A stretch of DNA of 64,000 nucleotides, taken from an uncultured Acidobacteriota bacterium (GTDB lineage: Bacteria; Acidobacteriota; Thermoanaerobaculia; UBA5066). How positions within the stretch are numbered: the stretch's first letter is position 1; every line of letters starts with the position of its first letter. Of the stretch, positions 1 through 10,804 are shown piece after piece. The stretch covers positions 320,001-384,000 of the forward strand of contig CAVZYA010000003.1 of assembly GCA_963779415.1 (NCBI GenBank). The letters are read 5' to 3'. The notes below the pieces were generated by a model. The model saw only the letters and a list, made by a program, of their open reading frames with translations. It ran no database searches and was not told the DNA's origin. The position numbers and the translations under genes are program-made.

Positions 1-1091
1 AGAGCGAGGATTCCCGCCTCGAGCCCCCCGGCGGCGCCGAGGAGGTGTCCCGTCATCGACTTCGTCGACGAGATGGCGAGGTGATCCGCGTGACTGCCGA
101 AGGCCCGCCGGATCGCGATCGTCTCGATCCGGTCGCCGTGCGGCGTCGACGTGCCGTGCGCGTTGATGTAGTCGACGGACTCGGGAGGGAGTGCCGCGTC
201 GGCGAGTGTGTTCCGCATGACGCGGAACGGGCCGTCACCGTCCTCGGACGGCGCCGAGATGTGCCAGGCGTCGCCGGACATTCCGTAGCCGGCGAGCTCG
301 GCGTAGATCGCCGCCCCGCGGGCGACGGCCTGTCCCAGCTCCTCGAGAATAAGGATCCCGGCCCCTTCGCCGAGGACGAAGCCGTCGCGGTCGAGGTCCC
401 ACGGGCGGGAGGCGCCGGCCGGGTCGTCGTTCCGCGTCGAAACTGCCCGCATAGCCGCGAACCCGCCGATGGCGAGCGGCACGACGACCGATTCGGTCCC
501 CCCCGCGATCATCACGTCGGCGTCCCCTCGCCGGATGATATTCGCGGCGTCCCCGATGGCGTGCGCCGAGGTGGCGCAGGCGGTCGCGACGGCGGTGTTC
601 GGTCCCTTCGCCCCCGTCCGGATCGAGACGAGGCCCGACGGCATGTTCACGATCAGCCCGGGGATGAAGAAGGGACTGATCCGGCGAGGCCCTTTTTCGA
701 GGAGCGTCTTGTGCATCTCCTCGATGAGGGGAAGCCCGCCGATCCCCGCCCCGATGCAGACCCCGACCCGCTCGGCGTTCGCCGCGTTGACGACGACGCC
801 GGAATCGGCCAGCGCCTCGCCGGCCGCCGCCACGGCGTAGTGGACGAACGTGTCGAACTTCTTGACGTCCTTCTTCTCGAAGAACCTTTCCGGCTCGAAC
901 CCCTTCACCTCGGCCGCGATCCGACAGGCGTAGTCGGTCGCGTCGAAGCGCGTGATCGGGCCGACCCCGGAGCGCCCCGCGAGCAAGCTCTCCCAGGTCT
1001 CGCGGGCAGTGAGGCCGACCGGGGAGACGAGCCCGACGCCGGTCACGACGACACGCCGACGGCCCCGGCCGTCGAGGAGCGGAAGGGTCAT
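1..1091 (-). CDS. fabF: 3-oxoacyl-ACP synthase II (3' end runs off the window)
   Basis: Reverse strand from ATG at 1091 reads MTLPLLDGRGRRRVVVTGVGLVSPVG..., with ATACATSAH (catalytic Cys), DRDGFVLGEGAG and YINAHGTST. Lies directly after acpP. Missing from the ORF track because it has no stop in the window. Confidence 0.95.
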   Translation of the reverse strand, partial: MTLPLLDGRGRRRVVVTGVGLVSPVGLTARETWESLLAGRSGVGPITRFDATDYACRIAAEVKGFEPERFFEKKDVKKFDTFVHYAVAAAGEALADSGVVVNAANAERVGVCIGAGIGGLPLIEEMHKTLLEKGPRRISPFFIPGLIVNMPSGLVSIRTGAKGPNTAVATACATSAHAIGDAANIIRRGDADVMIAGGTESVVVPLAIGGFAAMRAVSTRNDDPAGASRPWDLDRDGFVLGEGAGILILEELGQAVARGAAIYAELAGYGMSGDAWHISAPSEDGDGPFRVMRNTLADAALPPESVDYINAHGTSTPHGDRIETIAIRRAFGSHADHLAISSTKSMTGHLLGAAGGLEAGILA

Positions 1092-1104
1092 CAGAAGGGC
1101 CGGC

Positions 1105-1350
1105 TCAGGCCGGCTTCGCCTTGCTTTCGATGTAGGCGATGGCGTCCTTGACCTTCTGGATCTTCTCCGCGTCCTCGTCCGGGATCTCGATTCCGAACGC
1201 CTCCTCGAACGCCATCACCAGCTCGACGGTGTCGAGGGAATCGGCGCCGAGATCATCGACGAACGAGGCTTCGGGCTTGACCTCTTCGGCCTGAACGCCG
1301 AGCTGCTCCACGATGATGCCCTTGACCTTCTCTTCAACCGCGTTCGACAT
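1105..1350 (-). CDS. acpP: acyl carrier protein
   Basis: [19 protein letters not shown]...[18 protein letters not shown]; the DSL phosphopantetheine motif is present, with SD GGAGG upstream of the ATG at 1350. Confidence 0.97.
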   Translation of the reverse strand: MSNAVEEKVKGIIVEQLGVQAEEVKPEASFVDDLGADSLDTVELVMAFEEAFGIEIPDEDAEKIQKVKDAIAYIESKAKPA

Positions 1351-1430
1351 CAAAATCCTCCGTTCAAAATCCGGGAGCGGCCACCGACCACCGGCGGGCT
1401 CCCGTCTGTTTCGTAGGTCGGGCGGGAAGT

Positions 1431-2189
1431 CTAACCGATGTAGAGCCCCCCGCTCACATTGAGGCATGTTCCCGTGACGTACGCGCCAAGGTCCGAGGCC
1501 AGATAAAGGACGGCGTCCGCCACGTCATCCGGGGCGCCGAGCCGGCCGAGGACGATCTGCCTGAGCAGCGCTTCCCGGGCCTCCGGCGTCAAGGCGTCGG
1601 TCATGGCCGTCGCGATGAAGCCCGGCGCGACGGCGTTCACCGTGATGCCGCGCGATCCGATCTCGCGGGCGAGAGCCTTCGTGAATCCCACGACCCCCGC
1701 CTTGGCGGCGGAGTAGTTCGTCTGGCCCGCGTTCCCCATCAGGCCGACGACCGAAGTGATGTTCACGATCCGTCCCGCGACCTTTTTCCGGACCATCACC
1801 TTGGCGGCCTCCTGAGCGGCGAGGAAGACGCCCGTCAGGTCCGTGGCGACGACCCGGTCCCAGGCCTCCTTTCCCATCCGCAGGATCAGCCCGTCCTCCG
1901 TGACGCCGGCGTTGTTGACGAGGATGTCGAGCTTTCCGTGCTGCTCGACGAGGGAGCGGAAGCCGGCCGAGACGGAGGCCGGGTCGGCCACGTCCATCCG
2001 CAGCGCTTCCGCCGACCCGCCGGACGAGGCGATCGATTCGGCGACAGCGCGCGCTTTCTCCCCGGTCCGGGCCGCCACGACGACGTGCGCCCCCGCGGCG
2101 GCGAGCCGCCTCGCGATCGCCTCGCCGATCCCCTGCGAGCCCCCCGTCACGAGAGCGACCTTCCCGCCGAGCGAGATCACAAAGCCCAT
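1431..2189 (-). CDS. fabG: 3-oxoacyl-ACP reductase
   Basis: SDR motifs [12 protein letters not shown] and YSAAK; position within the fab cluster. Confidence 0.96.
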   Translation of the reverse strand: MGFVISLGGKVALVTGGSQGIGEAIARRLAAAGAHVVVAARTGEKARAVAESIASSGGSAEALRMDVADPASVSAGFRSLVEQHGKLDILVNNAGVTEDGLILRMGKEAWDRVVATDLTGVFLAAQEAAKVMVRKKVAGRIVNITSVVGLMGNAGQTNYSAAKAGVVGFTKALAREIGSRGITVNAVAPGFIATAMTDALTPEAREALLRQIVLGRLGAPDDVADAVLYLASDLGAYVTGTCLNVSGGLYIG

Positions 2190-2237
2190 CGTCTTCCTCC
2201 GGTTCCCCTCGACGATATCAAGAGGGACGGCGGCCCC

Positions 2238-3180
2238 TCACGAGGGGGCGAGGAGCTTCCCGATCCCGGCCGCGTCGGAGGTCGAGGCGACCGGCCACTC
2301 CCTTGCGATCCTCCTCGCGAGCCCCGCGAGGACGGCGCCCGGGCCGCACTCGATCCCGGACGGAGCCGCAGCCGAGAGGACGCGGACGCTCTCGACCCAT
2401 CGGACCGGGGAGCAGACCTGCCGTTTCAGGGCCGCTCGCGCGGCCCCGGGATCGCGGATGGGCGCGGCGTCCACGTTCGTCACGACGGGAAACGACAACG
2501 GCCCGAACGGCGTCGCGTCGAGATACGGCGTCAGCTTCTCCTCTGCCGGCTTCATTAGAGCGCAGTGGAACGGCGCGGAGACGGGGAGCGGGAGGACCCG
2601 CTTCGCCCCCGCCGCCTTCAGGATCCCGGCCGCCTTCCCGACGGCGCCGGCCGTCCCCGCGATGACGGTCTGCTCGGGGGAGTTGAAGTTCGCCGCGGAG
2701 CAGGCTTCGCCCGTCGCTCTCTCGGCCTCGGCGCACGCCGCGGCCACCACCTCGGGGGGGGGGCCGATGACGGCCGACATCGCGCCCGCTCCCGCCGGGA
2801 CGGCTTCCTGCATGAAGAGGCCGCGCCTTCGGACGAGGACCACGGCGTCCTCCAGCGTCAGCGCTCCGGCGGCGACGAGAGCGGCGTACTCGCCCAGGGA
2901 GTGTCCGGCCGCGATCGAAGGCGAAACGCCGCGAGCCCGGAGGATCTCGTAGACCGCCATGGAGTGCGTCACGATCGCCGGCTGCGTCACGGCCGTCCTC
3001 TTCAGATCCTCCTCCGTCCCTTCGAACGAAACCGTCGAGACGGAGAGGCCGAACGGCGCGAGGGCGGCGTCGGCCCGCTCGTAGACGTCGCGCGCCTCCC
3101 GGAATGCCGCCGACGAGGTCCTTCCCCATCCCCGCGAACTGCGAGCCCTGCCCGGGGAAGAGGAAGGCGCCCGTCACCAT
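2238..3180 (-). CDS. fabD: malonyl-CoA:ACP transacylase (one +1 frameshift near 3111, probably a sequencing error)
   Basis: N-terminus MVTGAFLFPGQGSQFAGMG lies in one frame; TQPA, GHSLGEY and VSAPFH lie in another. Removing one base gives 314 codons. Confidence 0.92.
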
Positions 3181-4157
3181 CGGACGAGGGCCGCGCCCCA
3201 CGTCAGCCCGGCGCCGAACGCGGTGAAGAGGATCAGGTCTCCCCGCTTGATCCTTCCCTCGCGCACGTACTCGTCGAGGGCGATCGGAATCGAGGCGGAA
3301 CTCGTGTTCCCGTAGCGGGAGATGTTCACGACGCAGCGGTCCGAGGGAATCTCCAGCCTCTCGCCGACGGCCCGGATGATCCGGTCGTTCGCCTGATGGG
3401 GGATCAGCCACTGGACGTCGGCCGAGGTGAAGCCCCCCTCCGAAAGGACGTCGCGGCAGACCTCCGTCATCGCGCGGACGGCCACCTTGAAAGTCTCTCC
3501 CCCCATCATCTTGATGAAGCCGAGGCGCTGCTCGAGCGTCTCCGGGCGGCTCGGCGGTGCGTTGGAGCCCCCTCCGGGCATCGAGATGTAGCCTGCCCCC
3601 TCTCCGTCGCAGCGGATCCTCGTCGCGAGGACGCCGTGGTCGGCTTTCGTCGCCTTGAGGACCGTCGCTCCGGCGCCGTCCCCGAAGAGGACGCAGGTTC
3701 CGCGGTCCGTGTAGTCCGTGAAGCGGGTCAGGAACTCGGCGCCGATGAGAAGGATGTTCTGCGCCTTGGCCGACTGGATGAGGCCGTCGGCGACGTGAAG
3801 GCCGTAGAGCCAGCCGGAACAGCCCGCGTTCTGGTCCCAGGCCGCCGCCTTCTTCGCCCCGAGCTTCTGCTGGACGAGGCAGGAGGCCGACGGCACGAGC
3901 TGGTCCGGAGAGACGGTCGCCAGGATGACGGCGTCGAGCTCGCGCGGATGGACGTCGGCCGCCTCGAGGGCGATCCGGGAGGCGGTCACCGCGAAGTCCG
4001 ACAGGACGTCCCCGTCCTCCGCCTTCCGCCTTTCGCGGATCCCCGTCCGCGTCGTGATCCATTCGTCGTTCGTGTCGACGATCCCGGCGAGGTCGGCGTT
4101 CGTCAGGATTCGCGCCGGAACGGCCGCGCCGGTGCCGGCGATGGTGGCATGAAACAT
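3174..4157 (-). CDS. fabH: 3-oxoacyl-ACP synthase III
   Basis: WITTRTGIRERR, NAGCSG, LFGDGAGA, IPHQAN and YGNTSSAS motifs. Confidence 0.96.
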   Translation of the reverse strand: MFHATIAGTGAAVPARILTNADLAGIVDTNDEWITTRTGIRERRKAEDGDVLSDFAVTASRIALEAADVHPRELDAVILATVSPDQLVPSASCLVQQKLGAKKAAAWDQNAGCSGWLYGLHVADGLIQSAKAQNILLIGAEFLTRFTDYTDRGTCVLFGDGAGATVLKATKADHGVLATRIRCDGEGAGYISMPGGGSNAPPSRPETLEQRLGFIKMMGGETFKVAVRAMTEVCRDVLSEGGFTSADVQWLIPHQANDRIIRAVGERLEIPSDRCVVNISRYGNTSSASIPIALDEYVREGRIKRGDLILFTAFGAGLTWGAALVRW

Positions 4158-4188
4158 TCGGTCCCCCCTTGACCCGAAAGCGGGAATG

Positions 4189-5199
4189 TTAGCGGGAGAG
4201 CGCCTCCGGCGCGAACTCCACCGCCTTCTTCCGGATCTTTTCCGGGAGGCCGTGCGCCACGAAGTCGTGCGCCGCCCGGATGGCGTTGCGGACCGCCTTG
4301 CCCGTCGAGCGACCGTGCCCGATGAGACAGGCGCCGTTCACCCCGAGAAGGGGCGCGCCGCCGTATTCGCTGTAATCGAGCCTCTTTCGGAAGGCGCGAA
4401 AGGCGTCCTTCGAAAGGAGAAACCCCATCGAGGCCTGGAGGCTCCGGGTGATCTCCTGCCTGAGCGCCTCCTCGACCATGTGGGCGAGGCTCTCGGAGAC
4501 TTTCAGGATGACGTTCCCCGTGAAGCCGTCCGTGACGATGACGTCCACGTCGCCCGAGTAGACGTCCCGCCCCTCGACGTTTCCGACAAAGTTGAGGCCC
4601 GACGACTTGAGGAGCGTGAAGACCTCGCGCGTCGTGTCGGTCCCCTTCCCCTCTTCCTCGCCGACGGACATCAGGCCGATCCGGGGCCGCGTTACGCCGA
4701 GGACTTCCTGTGCGTAGAAGTGCCCCATCAGGGCGAACTCCCGGTAGTGCTCGGGGCGGCACGTGACGTTCGCACCGACGTCGAGCAGGACGCGCCTGCG
4801 TCCGAGGCCCGGCAGGACGGTCGCGAGCGCCGGACGATCGATGCCGTCGAGGACCCCCATGATCATCTTCGCGACCACCATGGCGGCGCCCGTGTGTCCC
4901 GCCGTGAACATCCCCCGGGCGCGCCCTTCGCGGACGCACTCGGCGGCGATTCGGACCGAGGCGCGGCGCTTTTTCCGGATCGGCGTGATGGACGGCTCGT
5001 CGAATCCGACGACCTCGTCCGCGTCGACGATGCCGATCCGGCTCCCCGTGTAAGCCTGACGCTTCAGCTCGGACTCGATCTCCCGCCTGCGGCCGACGAG
5101 GAGCGATTCCAGCCCGAGCTCGACGGCGGCGGCCACGGCTCCTTCCACGACGGCGCGGGGCGCGTGGTCGCCGCCCATCGCGTCGACGGCAATCGTCAT
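4189..5199 (-). CDS. plsX: phosphate acyltransferase PlsX
   Basis: IAVDAMGGDHAP, LLDVGAN, DVIVTDGFTGN and YGGAPLLGV motifs. Confidence 0.96.
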   Translation of the reverse strand: MTIAVDAMGGDHAPRAVVEGAVAAAVELGLESLLVGRRREIESELKRQAYTGSRIGIVDADEVVGFDEPSITPIRKKRRASVRIAAECVREGRARGMFTAGHTGAAMVVAKMIMGVLDGIDRPALATVLPGLGRRRVLLDVGANVTCRPEHYREFALMGHFYAQEVLGVTRPRIGLMSVGEEEGKGTDTTREVFTLLKSSGLNFVGNVEGRDVYSGDVDVIVTDGFTGNVILKVSESLAHMVEEALRQEITRSLQASMGFLLSKDAFRAFRKRLDYSEYGGAPLLGVNGACLIGHGRSTGKAVRNAIRAAHDFVAHGLPEKIRKKAVEFAPEALSR

Positions 5200-5224
5200 G
5201 AGCGGCCGGCCGCTTCCTCTTCCG

Positions 5225-5410
5225 TTACTCGGATTCGGACCCCGCCATCACCTCGCGCCCCCTGTAGGTGCCACAGGAGGGGCAGACGCGATGGGGCTGC
5301 TTGGCGACGCCGCATTTGGGGCAGACCGAGGTCTGCTTCGGCTTGAGGAAGTCGTGCGCGCGCCGCATGTCGCGGCGGGTCTTGCTGTGTCTGTGTTTCG
5401 GGTTCGGCAT
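5225..5410 (-). CDS. rpmF: 50S ribosomal protein L32
   Basis: MPNPKHRHSKTRRDMRRAH...CPKCG...HRVCPSCGTYRGR. Confidence 0.97.
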   Translation of the reverse strand: MPNPKHRHSKTRRDMRRAHDFLKPKQTSVCPKCGVAKQPHRVCPSCGTYRGREVMAGSESE

Positions 5411-5425
5411 CGGAATTCTCCTGGC

Positions 5426-5968
5426 TCAAATCTCGGAGTCGTGGCGCCGGAGCGCCTTCAGGGCGGTCCAGCGGTCGTCTCTGGGCGGGGCGCAGCTGCA
5501 GGGGGTCACGTTCCGGTCGGCGCCGCACTCGGGGCAGAGGCCCCTGCAGTCCTCCCGGCAGAGGGCCCGCATCGGGATTTCGAGCTGCACCTGTTCGTCG
5601 ATGAGCGGGTCGAACGGGACCGTGAAGTCGTCGTAGAAGACGACGTCGAGGTCGGTCGCCTGAAGCTCGGTCTCTCCGTCCGCGTCGGGAACGGGCAGGT
5701 GCCGTGCGTGCGCGGGCGCGAAAACCCACGACACGGGCCCCGTCCGGCGGAACGGCACCGGCCTGAGGCACCGGGCGCAGGCCACCGTCCCGTCGAATTC
5801 GAGGATCCCGTCGAGAAGGAAGCCCGGCTCGGCCCGGCGGAGCCGGCCCGCGAAGGAAACCGGCTCGAGCGACAGAAGCTCGACCCGCTCGAGACGTTCG
5901 GCCGGAACGTCGAAGCGATGAGAAAGATCAACGGGCTCGTCGAGAGCCTTCTCGAGATCGAGATCCAT
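5426..5968 (-). CDS. yceD: DUF177/YceD family protein
   Basis: CARCL and LCREDCRGLCPECG motifs with a DDRWTALKAL end; conserved position upstream of rpmF. Confidence 0.9.
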   Translation of the reverse strand: MDLDLEKALDEPVDLSHRFDVPAERLERVELLSLEPVSFAGRLRRAEPGFLLDGILEFDGTVACARCLRPVPFRRTGPVSWVFAPAHARHLPVPDADGETELQATDLDVVFYDDFTVPFDPLIDEQVQLEIPMRALCREDCRGLCPECGADRNVTPCSCAPPRDDRWTALKALRRHDSEI

Positions 5969-6021
5969 GGATCGGGCCCTCCCCAAGGCGGGCCGCGAAG
6001 TATAGGGAATAATCCCGTTGA

Positions 6022-7113
6022 ATGCGAGTCGCGGTCGACGCGAGGCCGTTCGAGGAGCGGCTCACGGGAGCCGGGAGGGTCCTCGAGGGGCTTCTTCCGG
6101 CGTGGCGGCGCTCTTTTCCGGAGGACCGGTTCCTTCTCGTCTCGCCGCGCCCGATCTTTCTTCCGGCGGCGCTCGCCGGAGATCCCGGTTTCGACGTGAA
6201 GGTCGGGCCCGGACTCCCCGGCACGCTCTGGCTCCAGACGCTCGCGGCCGGAATCGCGCGGCGTGCCGGCGCGGAACTCTTTCTCGGCACGCTCTCCATC
6301 GTGCCGACGCTCTCGACCCTCCCCTGCGTCGCCCTGATCCACGACCTGACGCCGCTCCTCTTCCCGGTATGGCACTCGCGCAGGAACCGGCTCGGCTTCG
6401 TCCCCTTCATCGCCGGGACCGTCCGGCGGGCGAAGCGGATCGCGACTGTCTCGGACGCGACGCGCGACGATCTCCTCCGTGCCTTTCCCGAGGCCGCCGA
6501 GAAGACGGCCGTCGTCCCGAACGGGCTCCTCCCGCCGCCTGCGGACCCGGGTGGGCCGCCGCCGAACGGCGGCCGCCCGTACGTCCTTTTTCTCGGCACG
6601 CTCGAGCCTCGGAAGAACGTCCTTCGTCTCGTGGAGGCGCTCGAATCGATCTGGGACCGCCGTCCCGGATTCCCGGACCTCGTCCTCGCCGGCGGGGAGG
6701 GGTGGGGGCTCCCGGGACTCCCGGCCCGCCTCGCGGCCTCGCGGCACGCGGAGCGGATCCGGCCGATCGGCTGGGTGGACGACGTCCTCGCGGCGCAGCT
6801 TCTCCGCCACGCGCGCCTTCTCGCCTATCCGAGCCTCTACGAGGGCTTCGGCTTTCCGCCCCTCGAGGCGATGGCTCTCGGGACCCCCGTCGTCGGCTCC
6901 TCTGCATCGTCGTTCCCGGAGGTGATCGGCGATGCCGGCCTCCTCCCAGATCCGGAAAGCGTCCCGGAGATCGCGGCGGCCGTCGAGCGGACGAACGACG
7001 ACAAGGCGTGGCGAGCCGAGGCGCGCGCGCGGGGCTTCGGCCGGGCCGGCCTCTACCGGTGGGAAGCCTCCGCCGCGAAAATGCGTGCCCTCTGCCAGGA
7101 GGCGCTCGCGTGA
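6022..7113 (+). CDS. glycosyltransferase family 4 (GT-B)
   Basis: IHDL, GTLEPRKN and YPSLYEGFGFPPLEAMALGTPVV motifs. Confidence 0.9.
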   Translation: MRVAVDARPFEERLTGAGRVLEGLLPAWRRSFPEDRFLLVSPRPIFLPAALAGDPGFDVKVGPGLPGTLWLQTLAAGIARRAGAELFLGTLSIVPTLSTLPCVALIHDLTPLLFPVWHSRRNRLGFVPFIAGTVRRAKRIATVSDATRDDLLRAFPEAAEKTAVVPNGLLPPPADPGGPPPNGGRPYVLFLGTLEPRKNVLRLVEALESIWDRRPGFPDLVLAGGEGWGLPGLPARLAASRHAERIRPIGWVDDVLAAQLLRHARLLAYPSLYEGFGFPPLEAMALGTPVVGSSASSFPEVIGDAGLLPDPESVPEIAAAVERTNDDKAWRAEARARGFGRAGLYRWEASAAKMRALCQEALA

Positions 7114-8159
7114 CACACGTCCTTCTCGACGCGAGAAAGGCCCGGGACTTCGGGATCGGGCGGTACGTTCTCGGGCTCCTCCGTGCTCTCGCCAGGCGCG
7201 GCGACCTCGCGCTTTCTGCGGTCGTCTTTCCGGAGGATGTCGGGCTCCTCCCGACCGGCGTCACCCCGGTCCTTTCCACCGCCGGCCACTACACGGCCGG
7301 AGAGCTTCTCTCAGTCCGGGGCGCGATCCTGCGAGCCCGGCCCGACCTCTTTCACGCGCCTCACTACGTCGTGCCGCTCGCCCCCCCTTCGCCGGTGGTC
7401 GTCACGATCCACGACCTGATGCACCTCCAGCGCCCCGAGCACGCGGCGATCTCCAGGCGTGCTTACGCCGCTTGGATGATCCGGCGGTCCGTGCGGCTCG
7501 CCGCCCGGATCGTCACCGTCTCCGGCGAAACGAGACGGGATCTCATCGCATTCGACCCGCGGGCGGCCGGAAAGAGCGTGGTCATCCCGAACGGAGCCGA
7601 GAACGGTTTCTTCCGGGCGGGAGAGAAGGCGCGACCGGACGGCAGCCCTTCCGGGCGCTATCTCCTCTTCGTCGGGAACGACAAGCCGCACAAGAACCTC
7701 CACGGGCTTCTCGCCGCATGGGCGCGCCTTCGGACGGCACACCCTCTCCTCGAGCTTCGCCTCGCGGGCGTTCCGGCGGAGAGCCGAAGGGCCGACGGCG
7801 TCCGCGCTCTCGGATTCGTCCCGGACGAAGAGCTCCCCGCCCTCGTGGCCGGAGCCGAACTCCTCGTTCTCCCCTCCTTCGCCGAAGGGTTCGGCCTCCC
7901 GGTCCTCGAGGCGCAGGCCGCCGGGACGCCCGTCGTCTGCTCGGATCTCCCGGCGCTCCGAGAGGCGTCGGGAGGCGCCGCCCGCTTCTTCGACCCGTCG
8001 GACCCGGCTTCGATCGGGCAGGCTCTCGGGAGCCTCCTTTCCGACGAGGCCGGAAGGTCGCGGCTCCGGGAAGCCGGCCGAAAGCACGCCGCCGCCTTCA
8101 CCTGGGACCGCGTGGCAGAGAAGACCGCCGCGCTCTACCGGGAGGCGCTCGGACGATGA
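7110..8159 (+). CDS. glycosyltransferase family 4
   Basis: GTG start overlaps the previous stop; GIGRY, VTIHDL, KPHKN and PSFAEGFGLPVLEAQAAGTPVV motifs. Confidence 0.9.
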   Translation: MTHVLLDARKARDFGIGRYVLGLLRALARRGDLALSAVVFPEDVGLLPTGVTPVLSTAGHYTAGELLSVRGAILRARPDLFHAPHYVVPLAPPSPVVVTIHDLMHLQRPEHAAISRRAYAAWMIRRSVRLAARIVTVSGETRRDLIAFDPRAAGKSVVIPNGAENGFFRAGEKARPDGSPSGRYLLFVGNDKPHKNLHGLLAAWARLRTAHPLLELRLAGVPAESRRADGVRALGFVPDEELPALVAGAELLVLPSFAEGFGLPVLEAQAAGTPVVCSDLPALREASGGAARFFDPSDPASIGQALGSLLSDEAGRSRLREAGRKHAAAFTWDRVAEKTAALYREALGR

Positions 8160-9322
8160 AGGTCGCGCTCGTCCACGACTGGCTGACCGGGACGCGTGGG
8201 GGGGAGAGGGTCCTCGGGGAGCTTTCCCTTCTTTTTCCCGACGCCCCCCTCTTCACGCTCTTCCACTTTCCCGGGACCGTCCCGGCGGAGATCGAACGCC
8301 TCGAGATCCGGACCACCTTCCTCCAGCGCCTCGTCTCTCCGGCGCGGGACTACCGGAAGCTCCTCCCTCTCTTCTTCCCCGCCGCCGAGAAGTGGGACCT
8401 CTCGGGCTTCGATCTTGTCCTCTCCTCTTCGCACTGCGTTGCCAAGAACGCGCGGAAGGATCCGCGGGCGTTCCACGTCTGCTACTGCCATACCCCGGTC
8501 CGGTATCTCCACGACCAGTTCGACGACTACTTCCGGGGGAGGTCGGCCGCGGTCCGCGCCCTCGCCGGGGCCGTCCGCCGTCCGCTCGCGGCGTGGGATC
8601 GCGCGGCGGCCGGGAGGGTGGACGCTTTCGTCGCGAACTCGGAGAACGTCCGGGGACGGATCCGGAAGCTCTACGGGCGGGAGTCACGGATCGTCTTCCC
8701 TCCCGCGGACACGGAGTTCTTCACGCCGGTTCCGTCGACGCCGCGCTCGGGCTTTCTCGTCGTCTCCGCGCTCGCCCCCTACAAGCGGGTCGACGACGCG
8801 ATCGCGGCCGCGAACCGCCTGAAGCTCGACCTGACGATCGCAGGCTTCGGCCCCGAGGAGGCGCGCCTCCGCCGTCTCGCCGGTGAGACCGTCCGCTTCG
8901 CCGGCACTCCCTCAGACGAGCGGCTTCGGGATCTCTACCGCTCCGCGGAGGCGGTCCTGATGCCGGGAGAGGAGGACTTCGGCATCGTGCCGGTCGAAGC
9001 CCAGGCATGCGGGACGCCCGTCGTGGCCCTCGGACGCGGAGGGGCCACCGAGACCGTCGTGGACGGAGCGACCGGAGTCCTCTACTCCGATCCGGGGCCG
9101 GTGCCGCTCTCCGATGCCATCGACCGGCTCCGCGGCCTCCGCCTCGACCCGGACGCCGCCGTCCGGAATGCCGGGCGCTTCTCCCGGGAACGGTTCCGGG
9201 AGGCTCTGGCGACCTCCCTCGACGCCGCTCTCCGGGAGGCCGGCCGGGGAGACCTCGCCGAGGAGACGGCACGACGCCTTTCGCCCGGGGGCCGTAGAAT
9301 CCCCGAAGCTTCGGTCCGATGA
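8156..9322 (+). CDS. glycosyltransferase family 4 (WbaZ/mannosyltransferase-like)
   Basis: [28 protein letters not shown] and [18 protein letters not shown] motifs. Confidence 0.9.
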   Translation: MKVALVHDWLTGTRGGERVLGELSLLFPDAPLFTLFHFPGTVPAEIERLEIRTTFLQRLVSPARDYRKLLPLFFPAAEKWDLSGFDLVLSSSHCVAKNARKDPRAFHVCYCHTPVRYLHDQFDDYFRGRSAAVRALAGAVRRPLAAWDRAAAGRVDAFVANSENVRGRIRKLYGRESRIVFPPADTEFFTPVPSTPRSGFLVVSALAPYKRVDDAIAAANRLKLDLTIAGFGPEEARLRRLAGETVRFAGTPSDERLRDLYRSAEAVLMPGEEDFGIVPVEAQACGTPVVALGRGGATETVVDGATGVLYSDPGPVPLSDAIDRLRGLRLDPDAAVRNAGRFSRERFREALATSLDAALREAGRGDLAEETARRLSPGGRRIPEASVR

Positions 9323-10718
9323 TCCGACGACAGACCCGACGCCTCCAGGCTCTCTTCCTTCTCGCCGACGTCCTCGCCACGTGGGGGGCGCTCGCCGTGG
9401 CGTATCTGATCCGGTTCGAGTCCGTCTGGCCGACCCCGAAGGGTCATCAGCCCTTCTCCGCTTACGCGATCCTCCTGCCGGTCATCGCGCTCCTCTGGCC
9501 GGTCGTCTTCTACTTCCACCGCCTCTACCAGGTCCGGCGCGACCGCTCGATGATCGACGAAGGGCTCGCCGTCGTCGTCGCCGTCGCGCTCGGCACGATC
9601 CTCCTCGTCGGCCTTCTCTCCTTCTGGCGGACCTTCAGCTTCAACCGGCCTCTCCTCGTCGTCTTCCTCCTCCTCGACATCCTCATCGTCGGGGCCGTCC
9701 GCTTCGGGATCCACCGGTATCTCGAGATCGTCTGGGCGTCGGGGATCGGAGTGAGGCGTGCCCTCATCGTGGGCGCCGGCCGCGCCGGACGGGCGCTGGC
9801 CGACAAGCTCCTCGACCACAAGGCGACGGGGGTCAAGCCGATCGGATTCGCGGACGACGACCCCGGGAAGCGGACCTCGGACTACCGGACTCTCCCCGTT
9901 CTCGGGACGACGCACGAGGTACGCGACCTCCTGGCGCGGCACGACGTCGACACCGTCTTTCTGGCTCTTCCGGTCGAGGCGCACCGGACGATGATGAGGA
10001 TCGTGCAGGAGGTCGGGAACGAGATGATCGACATCCGTCTCGTTCCCGACGTCTTCCAGTTCGTCACGTTCAAGGCGGGCGTGGAGGACTTCGACGGCCT
10101 GCCGGTCATCAACCTGACGCAGGTCCCCCTCGAGGGATGGAACTCTCTCGTCAAGCGGAGCATGGACCTCGTCCTCTCGGCCGCCGGCCTCACGGCCCTC
10201 GCCCTTCTCTATCCGTTCATCGCGCTCGCCATCTGGCTGGAGGACCGCGGCCCCGTCGTCTACGCCCAGGAACGGATGGGCCTCGACGGCCGTCTCTTCC
10301 GGATGTTCAAGTTCCGCTCGATGAAGGTGAACGCCGAGGAGTCGGGCGCGAAGTGGGCCGAGGAGAACGACCCGAGGCGGACCCGCGTCGGGAGCCTTCC
10401 TTCGGCAAGACGTCCCTCGACGAGCTGCCCCAGCTGATCAACGTCTTCCTCGGTGACATGTCGCTCGTCGGGCCGCGCCCGGAAAGGCCGGAGTTCGTCC
10501 ACGAGTTCAAGGAGAAATTCCCGCAGTACATGCTCCGCCACCGGGTTCGGGCCGGGATCACCGGCTGGGCGCAGGTCCACGGCTGGCGCGGGAACACGAG
10601 CCTCTCGAAGCGGATCGAGTACGACCTCTACTACATCGAGAACTGGAGCGTGAGCCTCGACGTCAAGATCCTCTGGCTGACGCTTCGCTGGGGCTTCACG
10701 CACAAGAACGCGTACTGA
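9319..10718 (+). CDS. undecaprenyl-phosphate sugar phosphotransferase (WcaJ/WbaP-like priming transferase), frameshifted near 10395
   Basis: N-terminal TM helices, IVGAGRAG and KFRSM in one frame; [30 protein letters not shown] and DLYYIENWS in another. Confidence 0.9.
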
Positions 10719-10787
10719 GTGCTTCGCACTCAGTACGCGTACGCGTCGCTGTTCATGCATCAGGGGAACCCGATGTCCGGGTTCCCC
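10708..10787. repeat. two perfect inverted repeats between convergent genes (REP-like element or bidirectional terminator)
   Basis: ACGCGTACTGAGTGC-TTC-GCACTCAGTACGCGT (15-bp stem, 10708-10740) and GGGGAACCCG-ATGTC-CGGGTTCCCC (10-bp stem, 10763-10787). Confidence 0.75.
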
Positions 10788-10804
10788 CGAACCCCCTCCG
10801 CGCG

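Noticed and set aside
10708-10787. CRISPR repeat or tRNA
   Set aside because: Only two unrelated hairpins, with no repeat-spacer periodicity, no cloverleaf and no cas genes.
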